Origin: a virus
Taxonomy: Duplodnaviria > Caudoviricetes
Virus record (IMG/VR): IMGVR_UViG_3300014205_000219
Coordinates: 5,057-69,056 of that record
Reading direction: 5' to 3' (one strand)
DNA length: 64,000 nucleotides
The notes under the pieces: model-generated
What the model was told of the DNA's origin: nothing
Seen by the model: only the letters and a program-made list of their open reading frames with translations
The model's database searches: none
Shown here: piece after piece, positions 45,127-54,545 of the stretch
Layout of the letters: each line of letters starts with the position of its first letter
Numbering within the stretch: position 1 is the first letter of the stretch
Made by a program: the position numbers and the translations under genes

Positions 45127-48100
45127 TTGGTAGCATCAATTTGTCATCAAATGAAGAAAGCTCCTTCCTATAAAGGTGGAGGCAACCTTATCAAAGGTGA
45201 GCCTAACAAGCCTAAAAAAACAACCATAGACCGAACTAAATACAAGGCGATATTAGACAGGCCAATAGAAGGAACTGGCACTAATGTTGTTGGTGACAGT
45301 CAGGATAACTTTACTCCCGAAGTGCTTAAAAACATGGGGTATAATTACTACTCAGGAACAATGGGAGGTAAGGATATTGTTTATGAGAAAGGCGGAAGGT
45401 ATCACATTTACAACGAACAGCCTAATGCCAAACAAAATAAGTTTGGTTTAATTGATATTGGTGATTTATCTGAACCACCTATTAATCCTACACCTGCTTT
45501 AACCACCCCTACCGTTCCTAAGATGGTTAAACCACAAATTGACCCTACTCATAAATCGCTTGATTTTAGCAATCCTAATATGATTCTTGACCCTAATACA
45601 GGAACTTATACTAATCCCGTTACTGGTAAGCGCATAGAGCCTATTGTAGAGCAATATAAGCATGGTGGTAAAGTGAAAGGACTTGCTTTTGGTGGCAGTA
45701 CATCTTACAATGAAAGATTCAACACTGTTAATCAATTAAACACACAGCAGAACCAACAGGCAGAAGCAGACTCTCCAAGTTTTTTATCTAAAAATCAAAA
45801 CACATCTCGCGTACTTGGTTCTGGGGTAATGACTTTAGGAAACCAAATGTATCAGCGTAAATATGGAGCAAGTGCTAATCCAGAAGAAGAGGCTAAATAC
45901 GATCAGGCGGTTGGAGCAGTAGATTCCACCGCTTCTTCAGCATTACCTTGGTATGCTTTAGCTAAAGGAGCTTCTAATATTGGCAAAAGTCAAATTAAGC
46001 GTGATGAAAATGGACGAGCCACTACTAAAGTAGGGAGTGTTTCAGACGATTGGTTAACCCCTGACCATGAATTAATCATGCAGGGATATAAACAGGATGG
46101 CGTTAAAGGCGCCTTACGTGAATCTTCTGGGCTTGGTAAAATAGGTAGAACTATCGGTACACTTACAAATAACGCTAATGAAACCGAAGGGTTTTGGGGG
46201 AAGTTTAACAAAGCAACCGGTCAAGCTGGTAAGAATAAATCTGCCGGAATGGACGAGGCTGCTAAACAAGCTCAATTAGATGCTATTGCTGCTGAAAAAG
46301 CAAAACAAAAGGATGCTATAAACAAAGGTAGGATTGCTGAATCTTTAGCTGCTCGTAATGCAGGTGACACTAATTTTGAGCAAGATTATTTTAATCAAAC
46401 GCTTGCAGATGGAGGAATTATTAAAGGTGCTGGTACAGCTAAGAGTGATAGTATAAGTGCTAAAGTAAAGCCGGGTTCTTTTGTTGTACCTGCCGAAAAT
46501 GCTCCTATTGCAGCCGAACTTAAAGATAAATTATTAAGAAAAGCTCCAAGTAAAAAAGCAAGTTTAAACCAAGGTGGCGGTGTAGATGTTAAGCTAAGTG
46601 ATGGTGAGTATCTATTCTCTCCCGAAGAGAAAATGGAATTACAAGCCAATGGCGTTGATTTAAACGCTCTTGCTCCTAACGCTAAAGAAGAAGATAAATT
46701 AAAGTGCGGTGGTAAAGTGCCAATGTATAAAAGTGGTGGTGGTATCAATAAAGTAGTTTCTGATTTAGATATAATTGAAATAGCTAGTGGAGGAAAAGGA
46801 TATGAATCACTTAGCGATAAAGATAAAAAAAGAGTTGATGATTTAAAAAAATTACAAGTTAGTGATATTAAAAAAGTTCCATCATACAAAAATGGCGGTG
46901 GTGTAAATGGAAATAATGATGATTTTGAAAAGAAAGAATTAGCTAAAATTGAAGCTCAAAGAAAAGCTGACGCAGCTAGACTTGGAGAAATAAAAGCAAA
47001 ACAAAAAGCAGATGAGGCAAAAAGAGCTTTAGCGTCAGATATTCGTCAAAGATTAGAAATACAGTATAACGCTAAAAAACAATCAAAAGCTAACATTGAT
47101 AAGTATCAAAATGAATACAATGCAATTAAAAAAGCTTATGATAATTATTCTAAAGAAAGTGATTTTGAATTAAATAGACCTCTATCAACAGGAGAGAGGT
47201 ACACTAAATCCGCCAAGCCAACTACGGAAGAGGTAAGAAAAAATAAAGAAGATTTATTAAAAAAACTTCAAGATAGTAAGTCAAAATTAGATGCCGCTCA
47301 AAAAGATTATAATTACGCTTCCAATGAACGTAATTTTATAACTCCTGAAACAGGAAGAGGGCTGAAATCTTCTGCCGGAAAAGGACTAGATAATTTAAAA
47401 AGCGATAAAGCTACTACACGAGAAGCGGTAAACGCTCCTTTAACCGCTACATCCACTCAAAATATTGCTAAAGAATTAGCTGGTAGATATAAAACCGCTC
47501 CTAAGAAATCAGGTAATAAACCTGCAACTGAAAAAGCGGTTGCTGATACATTATCTCCAATTGATATTAATCAAATTCCAACAAGTGAATCTGATAATTT
47601 ATTTGATAGTAGAACTTCTGCTGAAATGGCAAGAATGAATCAGCCAGTGGAAAGGGTTTCTCTTTCTGCTCCTGATGCTATTAATCCAACTGTTACAGAA
47701 GCAGATCAAGCTCCAATGCAAACAAATTCAAGTGGTCAACCTAAATTTAGTAAATTTAATTTAAGTGGGGCTTTGGACGGTGCAATTAATTATGGACTGC
47801 CTATTGCTCAAACAGCTATTGGATTTAGTCAATTAAAGAAATTAGGGAAACGTCCTGTTGATACGCTAGACCCTGAGTATTTAAATGCAATTTCAAAGAC
47901 AAGGGCTGGCGTAGAGAAGGCTAATCAACAAGCTAAGTTTGGATATTCGCCACAGGAATTAGCGGCTTTAAATCAACAAAATGCGGCTCTTACTAACGCA
48001 GGGCGTTATGCTGCTAGAAATTTCTCTGGTGGTTCGGCGGCTAATGCTTTGAATATGGAACGTAGTGTTATTAATGACTCTTTCGGACGCGGACTTACTA

Positions 48101-48351
48101 CATCTATCAATGACAACGCTCTTAAAATGCAGAAGCAACAATTAGCTTTTGAAAGACAGTCTGGACTAAATGATATGTTGTCTCATAAACAAGAACTTAA
48201 CAGACGCTTATTCTCAGATACAATGTCTGCGTGGCAGCAAAATCAAGGTTCTGCCGCATCTTTAGCTAATGCCGGTATTCAAAACTTGCTTGATGCAAAT
48301 AGATATGATAAATTTATGAAGTCTTCACAAGAAGTTAACAATCAAATTTAA
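45127..48351 (+). CDS. Cargo/ejection protein 1 (likely start ATG 45151)
   Basis: 1074 aa; repeated [YF]xxGG motifs, G.GT..SDSI...LSDGEY motif, Q/N/A-rich helical C-terminus. Confidence 0.65.
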   Translation: MVASICHQMKKAPSYKGGGNLIKGEPNKPKKTTIDRTKYKAILDRPIEGTGTNVVGDSQDNFTPEVLKNMGYNYYSGTMGGKDIVYEKGGRYHIYNEQPNAKQNKFGLIDIGDLSEPPINPTPALTTPTVPKMVKPQIDPTHKSLDFSNPNMILDPNTGTYTNPVTGKRIEPIVEQYKHGGKVKGLAFGGSTSYNERFNTVNQLNTQQNQQAEADSPSFLSKNQNTSRVLGSGVMTLGNQMYQRKYGASANPEEEAKYDQAVGAVDSTASSALPWYALAKGASNIGKSQIKRDENGRATTKVGSVSDDWLTPDHELIMQGYKQDGVKGALRESSGLGKIGRTIGTLTNNANETEGFWGKFNKATGQAGKNKSAGMDEAAKQAQLDAIAAEKAKQKDAINKGRIAESLAARNAGDTNFEQDYFNQTLADGGIIKGAGTAKSDSISAKVKPGSFVVPAENAPIAAELKDKLLRKAPSKKASLNQGGGVDVKLSDGEYLFSPEEKMELQANGVDLNALAPNAKEEDKLKCGGKVPMYKSGGGINKVVSDLDIIEIASGGKGYESLSDKDKKRVDDLKKLQVSDIKKVPSYKNGGGVNGNNDDFEKKELAKIEAQRKADAARLGEIKAKQKADEAKRALASDIRQRLEIQYNAKKQSKANIDKYQNEYNAIKKAYDNYSKESDFELNRPLSTGERYTKSAKPTTEEVRKNKEDLLKKLQDSKSKLDAAQKDYNYASNERNFITPETGRGLKSSAGKGLDNLKSDKATTREAVNAPLTATSTQNIAKELAGRYKTAPKKSGNKPATEKAVADTLSPIDINQIPTSESDNLFDSRTSAEMARMNQPVERVSLSAPDAINPTVTEADQAPMQTNSSGQPKFSKFNLSGALDGAINYGLPIAQTAIGFSQLKKLGKRPVDTLDPEYLNAISKTRAGVEKANQQAKFGYSPQELAALNQQNAALTNAGRYAARNFSGGSAANALNMERSVINDSFGRGLTTSINDNALKMQKQQLAFERQSGLNDMLSHKQELNRRLFSDTMSAWQQNQGSAASLANAGIQNLLDANRYDKFMKSSQEVNNQI

Positions 48352-48356
48352 TAAAT

Positions 48357-49757
48357 ATGGAGTGGGGTACACTTGCAGGTCTTACTGTAAAAAATAATTT
48401 AGATCAACAGATACAGGACGCTAAGTATTTTGACCAACAACGTAGGCAAAACGAGGTTATGAATATGCAGAAAGCCAAGATGTTTTCTGACGATCTTGAA
48501 TTTCAAAATGGCTCCAATCCTTATGACGATGCGATAATTAAGCAAGAGAATCAAAGATTAGTATCGGACATAGGAAAGTATGTAACTGATAATCCAGATT
48601 GGACTACGAATGTGTATAAGGCTTCTGAGGTTAAAAGAATGAAGCAATCAATGAAGAGTACCCCTGCCGTTCTTCGTTCTATGGCATACAAAGATGCTAT
48701 GGCTAAATTTAATGCTGACTTATCCGAAGTGGCTAAAAACCCTAATAAATATGACGCGGAGGCTTATGATGCAATTCAGCAACAAGTTGAAAACTACCAT
48801 AAATACGGAAATCAATATGGTGAAGAGGCTGCTAAGAAAGAAGGTGCCAGACCACTTGTTTACCAAAAGCCACAAGATTTAATTAATGTACCCGATACTC
48901 TTTTAAAGGCTGGTAAAAACATTAATAATTTTAATGTTAAGAAAGGAAAAGATTTAGGAGAATATATGACTGAGCCGAAGCCAGAAGAGGTGAAAGCTAT
49001 TAAGGATTCTATTTACCAAGAACATAATAGGTCTATTGCATTACAAGCAAAACAATTAGGACTTACAACCCCACAACAAATAGATAAATGGCTTACTGAT
49101 GGTATTATAGCCGGATTTGAGCCTAAATACTCTCCGGGTGACCCAAATGCTTTATGGGAAAGAGGGATGAGAGAAAGAGAATTAAGGGCTAAAGAAGCTA
49201 AAAGCTCTCCAATGCCAAGTTACACCCCTTTTGATGATTTGTTTGATAAACGTAAACCGGCAGGTAATGTCCCCGCTGAACTTGCTTATAAAACTTGGGG
49301 TGAAACTCCTAAGATTAAAGTAGTGGGCAATTCAGGTCAGGCGGTTGATTTAACGGGACTTAAGATGAATTATGATAATAGATATGTTACGGATAGTAAA
49401 GGACGTAGATACCTATCAGGATATGTCAATGTACCTTTGGATGTTGCTAAACAAAACGGAATTTGGACGGGTGATGATGAAGATGGTGGTATTTCTGCCT
49501 CGTTTTTAGGTAAAGCGGTAAGAAGACAAAAAGAATCTAAAGATGGTAAAGGTGCTACATTTGTAAAGCTTGACTACATGATGCCTATTGATTATAATGA
49601 TGGTACCGCAAGACAGTTATATAATTCTCATGCGCAGCCCGCTAAATTAGTTGAGCCGTTGCAGTATGATAGTAATTTAGGTAATACAAAGCCGTTAACT
49701 GTTGAGCAAAATGGCTATACTTATACATGGAATTCCGAAAAAAATGTTTATGAATAG
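48357..49757 (+). CDS. Cargo/ejection protein 2
   Basis: 466 aa, helical, in cargo cluster. Confidence 0.6.
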   Translation: MEWGTLAGLTVKNNLDQQIQDAKYFDQQRRQNEVMNMQKAKMFSDDLEFQNGSNPYDDAIIKQENQRLVSDIGKYVTDNPDWTTNVYKASEVKRMKQSMKSTPAVLRSMAYKDAMAKFNADLSEVAKNPNKYDAEAYDAIQQQVENYHKYGNQYGEEAAKKEGARPLVYQKPQDLINVPDTLLKAGKNINNFNVKKGKDLGEYMTEPKPEEVKAIKDSIYQEHNRSIALQAKQLGLTTPQQIDKWLTDGIIAGFEPKYSPGDPNALWERGMRERELRAKEAKSSPMPSYTPFDDLFDKRKPAGNVPAELAYKTWGETPKIKVVGNSGQAVDLTGLKMNYDNRYVTDSKGRRYLSGYVNVPLDVAKQNGIWTGDDEDGGISASFLGKAVRRQKESKDGKGATFVKLDYMMPIDYNDGTARQLYNSHAQPAKLVEPLQYDSNLGNTKPLTVEQNGYTYTWNSEKNVYE

Positions 49758-49759
49758 TT

Positions 49760-52588
49760 ATGCCAGATAATAAACCAGCATTTAATCCAAATAAACCGTT
49801 TGTTCCATCGGACAATAATGGTGTAGATAAACCTGCTTTTAATCCAAAAGCTGCGTATAAGCCATTGGAATCTACTGAGACATACAAAGATGCTTTTACT
49901 TCTGTAACGGAGGATATTTACAAAAGTCCTAAAGAAGATAATAAAGTAGAAAGTGCTATTGACTTTATCGCTAAACACCCTACAACAAAAGGTGGTATGG
50001 TTGATTTAGAAAAAGACATATTACGTGGTGTATTTAAAAATCCTAATGCCAGTCAAGATCAAATTAAAGAATCAATTGCTACTATGCAAAGTGGCAATCT
50101 GTATTACTTAAAAGATGAAGGTGGTGTTATGGTACCAAAACAATTGAAGTACGGCGAGAAGCCTCCTAAAGGCTATAACGCGCAATCTGTCTGGGGTAGT
50201 CAAAAGGATGCTAATAATGATTCTTGGTACACTGATTTAGGTAAGAGTTTATACAATGGTGTTATCGGCACGGCAGAAGGAGTTGTTGATTTAGCTCAAA
50301 TGGGTACTATGGCTATCACTGATGATAAAAGTGATTACCTTGCTAATCTTAGTAATACCGCCGAAGCACTTAAATTCACTAAAGATGCAGATATTAACAA
50401 ACCTATATTTAACACGGAGGGAATAAATCAATTTTCCGACTTAGTTGATAAGGATAGATTTGACATTTCACCCGCTGCTTTGTGGGGGACATTAAACATG
50501 GCTGCTGAATCAGTGGTATCATTTTATGGTGGAGCAAAGGGAGCTACTACACTTGCTAAGTTAGGGCCAAAGGCTTCTGCTTATGTAGGCTCTTATCTTA
50601 CGCAATTGGGGGATAACCTTGATAATGCTAAAGAGGCCGGATTAGAAGGAAGGGAAGCTGCTACATTCGCTTCATTAACTACAAGTGTTCAGGCGGCTAT
50701 TGACGCTAAATTTGGACTTGAATCTAAAATATATCAAGCCTCTATGAAAAAACCTGCTGCTGCTTTGTTTAAAGATTTAGCAAAAGGAATAGAGAAGGAT
50801 GCAGAAGGTAAAATAACAGCAGAAGGATTTAAACAACTTGCCAGAGAAACTGCCGATAATTATGGTAAACTTGCTGCAATAGGGGCTAAAGAAATAGGTA
50901 AGGATGCTTTAAAAGAAGCTGGACAAGAAGCGGGACAAGATTTTGTTGCTAAGGCGGCTGAAAACCTATGGGATAAATTAGACATTAATGAGAAAGCAAA
51001 GTTTGGAACTGATGTTACCAGCGCTCAATCATTTGCAAGTTATATCCAAAATGGACTTGCGGGACTTGTCGGTGGCGCTCCAATGGCAATAGCCTCAACT
51101 AATGCTAAAAAGAAATATGACGAACAGAGTGCTAATGCTTATAAAACTGTTCAACAAGGTCCAGCAGCCGTTCAGGAACTAAAAGGTAATTTAGGTGTAG
51201 CAAAAGAGAAAGGACAGATAACTGAACCTGAATACAGAAATGCAGTTGATAAAGTAGACGCTTATCAGAAATACAATGAGCAAACCAAAGACCTTAATTT
51301 AGACGAGAAGCAGAAGAAAGAAACATTCGAGCTTTCTTTTAATATTGAATCTTTGAAGTCTGAGGTTAATCAATTTACAAAAGAAGAGCTCGACCAATTA
51401 GACCCTATTGCACTTGGTAAAATTGATTCTAAGAAGAAAATAATTAAAGGCTTACAAGAAGAGCTTAATAAAATTATACTGCGTGAGGATGTACAGAGAG
51501 AGACTAAGGTAGGGCAAGATACGGTTAATAAGGTAGTGAAGAATGAAACTCCTAAAGAGGGTGAGAAGAAAATATCTGACTTATTAAAAACATTCAAAAC
51601 TCAGGCAACAAAGGTAGATAAGGTGGATGTTAAAGAAGCTGCCAAGCCGGAAGATAAAAAACCTTACAGAAGATTTGCATACGATAGAGATAATACCCCT
51701 GACTTTGATTTAAAAGATAGTAAAGGAAATTATCAGTTTAATAAACTTACTGACCCTATATCTCGTAAAAGAGCACTTACCGATCACTTTGATAAAAACC
51801 CTGAATTAAAGGATGAAGTGGAAGGATATGTTCACCAAAGTCAAAATAACGTATGGCAAGTAGATGTTGGCAATGGAAGGTGGATGCAATTTGCTCGTTC
51901 AATTGACCCCGAAACATTATTAGGTGATACTACTAATTTACCTGAATTAAAGGAAGATGTTAAGGATAGTGATGGTAGACTGTTAACGAGATATAAAGAA
52001 CCTGTTATAGTTAAAATGGAAACTATTACCGGAGATCGTGAAGATCGCAAAGGAAAGCCGTTAAGGATATTTAATGTTTATCGCAAAAGAGATGGAGCAT
52101 ACATTGTTTCTTTAAAAGAAAGACAAAAGGGGAATAGCGATTATAGTGACGGAGAGAAAGCTCAAATGGCAGCTATAAAAGAGCGTGGTTACGTCCCTAA
52201 AAGTAAAGAGTCAGTTAAGGAAGCTGTTAAGAATAGGAATGAATCGGTGGCTACAAAAGTGATAGAATACGGTGATAAGATTATCGCCGGAGAAATATTA
52301 AAATCACCTAAGGATATTCAGTTTTACGAAAATAATAAGAAAGATATTGAAAAGTATTTAGGTGAAAAGGCTGCTGAATATAAAAATAAAGTAGAGAAGA
52401 TAAAGGATAAGATTGTTATTAATCCTATAACTAATCCCACTGATTTGACTAGAAAAATAGCTATCACTAAAAAATTAAAAGGTTCTAGTAAGAAAATACA
52501 AATAGAATCTAATGTTAAGTCAGAACAAAATAAAATATTAAAAAAGGTAGAGTTGTTAAAAAAATTAATAGATTGTATTCATGGATGA
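49760..52588 (+). CDS. Cargo/ejection protein 3
   Basis: 942 aa; N-terminal KPAFNP x2; G/A-rich amphipathic core with EAGQEAGQ. Confidence 0.6.
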   Translation: MPDNKPAFNPNKPFVPSDNNGVDKPAFNPKAAYKPLESTETYKDAFTSVTEDIYKSPKEDNKVESAIDFIAKHPTTKGGMVDLEKDILRGVFKNPNASQDQIKESIATMQSGNLYYLKDEGGVMVPKQLKYGEKPPKGYNAQSVWGSQKDANNDSWYTDLGKSLYNGVIGTAEGVVDLAQMGTMAITDDKSDYLANLSNTAEALKFTKDADINKPIFNTEGINQFSDLVDKDRFDISPAALWGTLNMAAESVVSFYGGAKGATTLAKLGPKASAYVGSYLTQLGDNLDNAKEAGLEGREAATFASLTTSVQAAIDAKFGLESKIYQASMKKPAAALFKDLAKGIEKDAEGKITAEGFKQLARETADNYGKLAAIGAKEIGKDALKEAGQEAGQDFVAKAAENLWDKLDINEKAKFGTDVTSAQSFASYIQNGLAGLVGGAPMAIASTNAKKKYDEQSANAYKTVQQGPAAVQELKGNLGVAKEKGQITEPEYRNAVDKVDAYQKYNEQTKDLNLDEKQKKETFELSFNIESLKSEVNQFTKEELDQLDPIALGKIDSKKKIIKGLQEELNKIILREDVQRETKVGQDTVNKVVKNETPKEGEKKISDLLKTFKTQATKVDKVDVKEAAKPEDKKPYRRFAYDRDNTPDFDLKDSKGNYQFNKLTDPISRKRALTDHFDKNPELKDEVEGYVHQSQNNVWQVDVGNGRWMQFARSIDPETLLGDTTNLPELKEDVKDSDGRLLTRYKEPVIVKMETITGDREDRKGKPLRIFNVYRKRDGAYIVSLKERQKGNSDYSDGEKAQMAAIKERGYVPKSKESVKEAVKNRNESVATKVIEYGDKIIAGEILKSPKDIQFYENNKKDIEKYLGEKAAEYKNKVEKIKDKIVINPITNPTDLTRKIAITKKLKGSSKKIQIESNVKSEQNKILKKVELLKKLIDCIHG

Positions 52589-52943
52589 AGAAGAAGTAAC
52601 CCCAGAGGAGTTTCAGATTGAAATGATGGAAAGCCATCATAAAGAAATGATTGCTGCCATAAGAAGTATAAAGTTTCCTGAACAAAAGGATAGTTCTCCT
52701 GTTTTACAGAAACTTAATTCATCTATTGATTCAATGATAAGTAAGTTGAATGCTTTACAATCACCTACCGTTAACGTTGAGAAAACAGATCAAACAGAGG
52801 TGACTAATCTTTTAAAAGAATTAATATCGTCTGTGAATAAATTAGGAGAAAAAGAAGAGAAACCTGAAAAGAAAGAATTTATATTTGATATTGTAAGAGA
52901 TGGCCTTGGTAATATTAAATCAGTAAAAGCTAAACAAGTATAA
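52581..52943 (+). CDS. Hypothetical virion protein
   Basis: ORF track; coiled coil with F.I.RD..G.I..V tail. Confidence 0.6.
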   Translation: MDEEEVTPEEFQIEMMESHHKEMIAAIRSIKFPEQKDSSPVLQKLNSSIDSMISKLNALQSPTVNVEKTDQTEVTNLLKELISSVNKLGEKEEKPEKKEFIFDIVRDGLGNIKSVKAKQV

Positions 52944-53491
52944 TGGCAACTTTAGATTCTGTAAATATAATTCCAAGCCTTCCGCCAATTTTTTCAGGTA
53001 AATGGAGAGGTGCTACCGGCACAACATACTCGACTGCTTCTTTTGCAGCAAATCAAGTCTATGTTACACCTTACTTAATTTGCTCACCACATACTGTTTT
53101 ACAAATACGTGTTCCGGTTACTACCGGAGTTGCTGGTCAGTCCATAAGAATGGGACTTTATTCAGCTGATGTAAATGGATATCCAGATGCGCTGATTGAG
53201 CAAAGCGGAGCTATTTCAGTTGCAACTAGTGGCGAGTATTCTTATACGTTTGCATCCGCTTTAGCATTAACTGGTAAACTGGTATTTATGGCAGTAAATT
53301 GCACAAGTACTGGCGTAGTATTTAGATTGTGGATTGGACCTGTTAATTTATTGCCAAGAACTGCTGGAAATCCACCGGTGGCAGGATATCGTTTTGCTCA
53401 CGGATTTGGTTCATTCCCAGCTAATTTTCCCGGAAGTGCTATTGAAACAACGAACGGAAATCAACACATGTTAGAGTTATTAGTACAATGA
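52943..53491 (+). CDS. Tail fibre-like beta-sandwich protein
   Basis: IRVPVTT.VAG..IRMGLYSAD.NGYP..LI pattern. Confidence 0.5.
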   Translation: MATLDSVNIIPSLPPIFSGKWRGATGTTYSTASFAANQVYVTPYLICSPHTVLQIRVPVTTGVAGQSIRMGLYSADVNGYPDALIEQSGAISVATSGEYSYTFASALALTGKLVFMAVNCTSTGVVFRLWIGPVNLLPRTAGNPPVAGYRFAHGFGSFPANFPGSAIETTNGNQHMLELLVQ

Positions 53492-53928
53492 GAGTTATTA
53501 CTAATATAGCAAAACGAGACAAAGACGGCAATATAATGCTTGACGAGTTCGGAACTCCGATTATGGAGGCGTTAAGTGATGTTGAAGTAGCGATATCATT
53601 TATAGAGTTACAAGAAAGTATGTTGTCAGAAGTGGATTCGCAAACACAATCTAATATCCGGTTAGGGTTTACTTTTGATGGTATTGTTTTTTCAATGAGC
53701 GAAAACGCGCAACTAAATTGGAGTAACATTCCAAATATACCAAAAGAAGCTTTCCCGTTTGAGGTAAGTGGAAAAGAAGATGATGTTTATTTATTGTCAG
53801 AAGCTAATAAAATGAATTTTTATATGACTGCAATGAGTTTTAAGATGAGTTTATTAAGCGCTGGAACGAGTAAGAAAAAACTTATTAAAGCGTGTAAAAC
53901 AATTGAGGATTTAAAAAAGATAGTATAA
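53488..53928 (+). CDS. DUF4376-like tail fibre assembly protein
   Basis: GFTFDG..FS.S..AQLNW motif after a fibre-like gene. Confidence 0.6.
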   Translation: MRVITNIAKRDKDGNIMLDEFGTPIMEALSDVEVAISFIELQESMLSEVDSQTQSNIRLGFTFDGIVFSMSENAQLNWSNIPNIPKEAFPFEVSGKEDDVYLLSEANKMNFYMTAMSFKMSLLSAGTSKKKLIKACKTIEDLKKIV

Positions 53929-54300
53929 ATGGCAAACGAGATAAACTTTTCAGCCTTAACCGGCCAGACTATAACTTGTCAACTATACGATGGAATTACT
54001 CCTGTGGGAACTCCGTTTGCCACTTCTGAAATAGACACTACTGGTACTTATGTAGCCTCTATGCCAGCTACTCCTTATGGGAAGTATGTGGTTGTGGCAA
54101 GCGCTTCTGGAACTACCGTGGCAAGTGGGGAGATTCATTGGAGTGGTGACTATGAGATTTTAACTGCTTTTGGAATGCTTAGAGGACTTGACCCTAACAA
54201 TCCTGTTACTCAAACACTCACTAATTTAACATCTGGAAGTATAGATATTGCTGTTACAGGCGATCTTTCCACAACTACCACGTTTACAGCGCAACCATGA
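53929..54300 (+). CDS. Hypothetical structural protein
   Basis: ORF track. Confidence 0.6.
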   Translation: MANEINFSALTGQTITCQLYDGITPVGTPFATSEIDTTGTYVASMPATPYGKYVVVASASGTTVASGEIHWSGDYEILTAFGMLRGLDPNNPVTQTLTNLTSGSIDIAVTGDLSTTTTFTAQP

Positions 54301-54545
54301 GCAGAAGAGCTTTAGCCATACTAAGTGAAGGGATGTTGAGTGAGTCTCAGAAGAGGTCGTTGACATTACTTTCATTGGGTATGATTGAGGTTACTTTATC
54401 GCCTACGCCAACCCCAGAAAGAAGGAGAAGGGGTGGTGGAAGAGATGGTAGTTATGTAGAAGATCAGAGTCATAGGATAAAATTGCAAAAAGAGGATGAG
54501 GAAATTTTAGCATTAATTCGTAGCTTTATAGAATGGGAAGCATAA
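54297..54545 (+). CDS. Hypothetical protein
   Basis: RRRGGG linker; EDEEILALI tail. Confidence 0.6.
   Translation: MSRRALAILSEGMLSESQKRSLTLLSLGMIEVTLSPTPTPERRRRGGGRDGSYVEDQSHRIKLQKEDEEILALIRSFIEWEA

Noticed and set aside
51685-51720. RNA polymerase catalytic motif in cargo protein 3 (PDFDLKD)
   Set aside because: Not DxDxD, and no surrounding conserved context.
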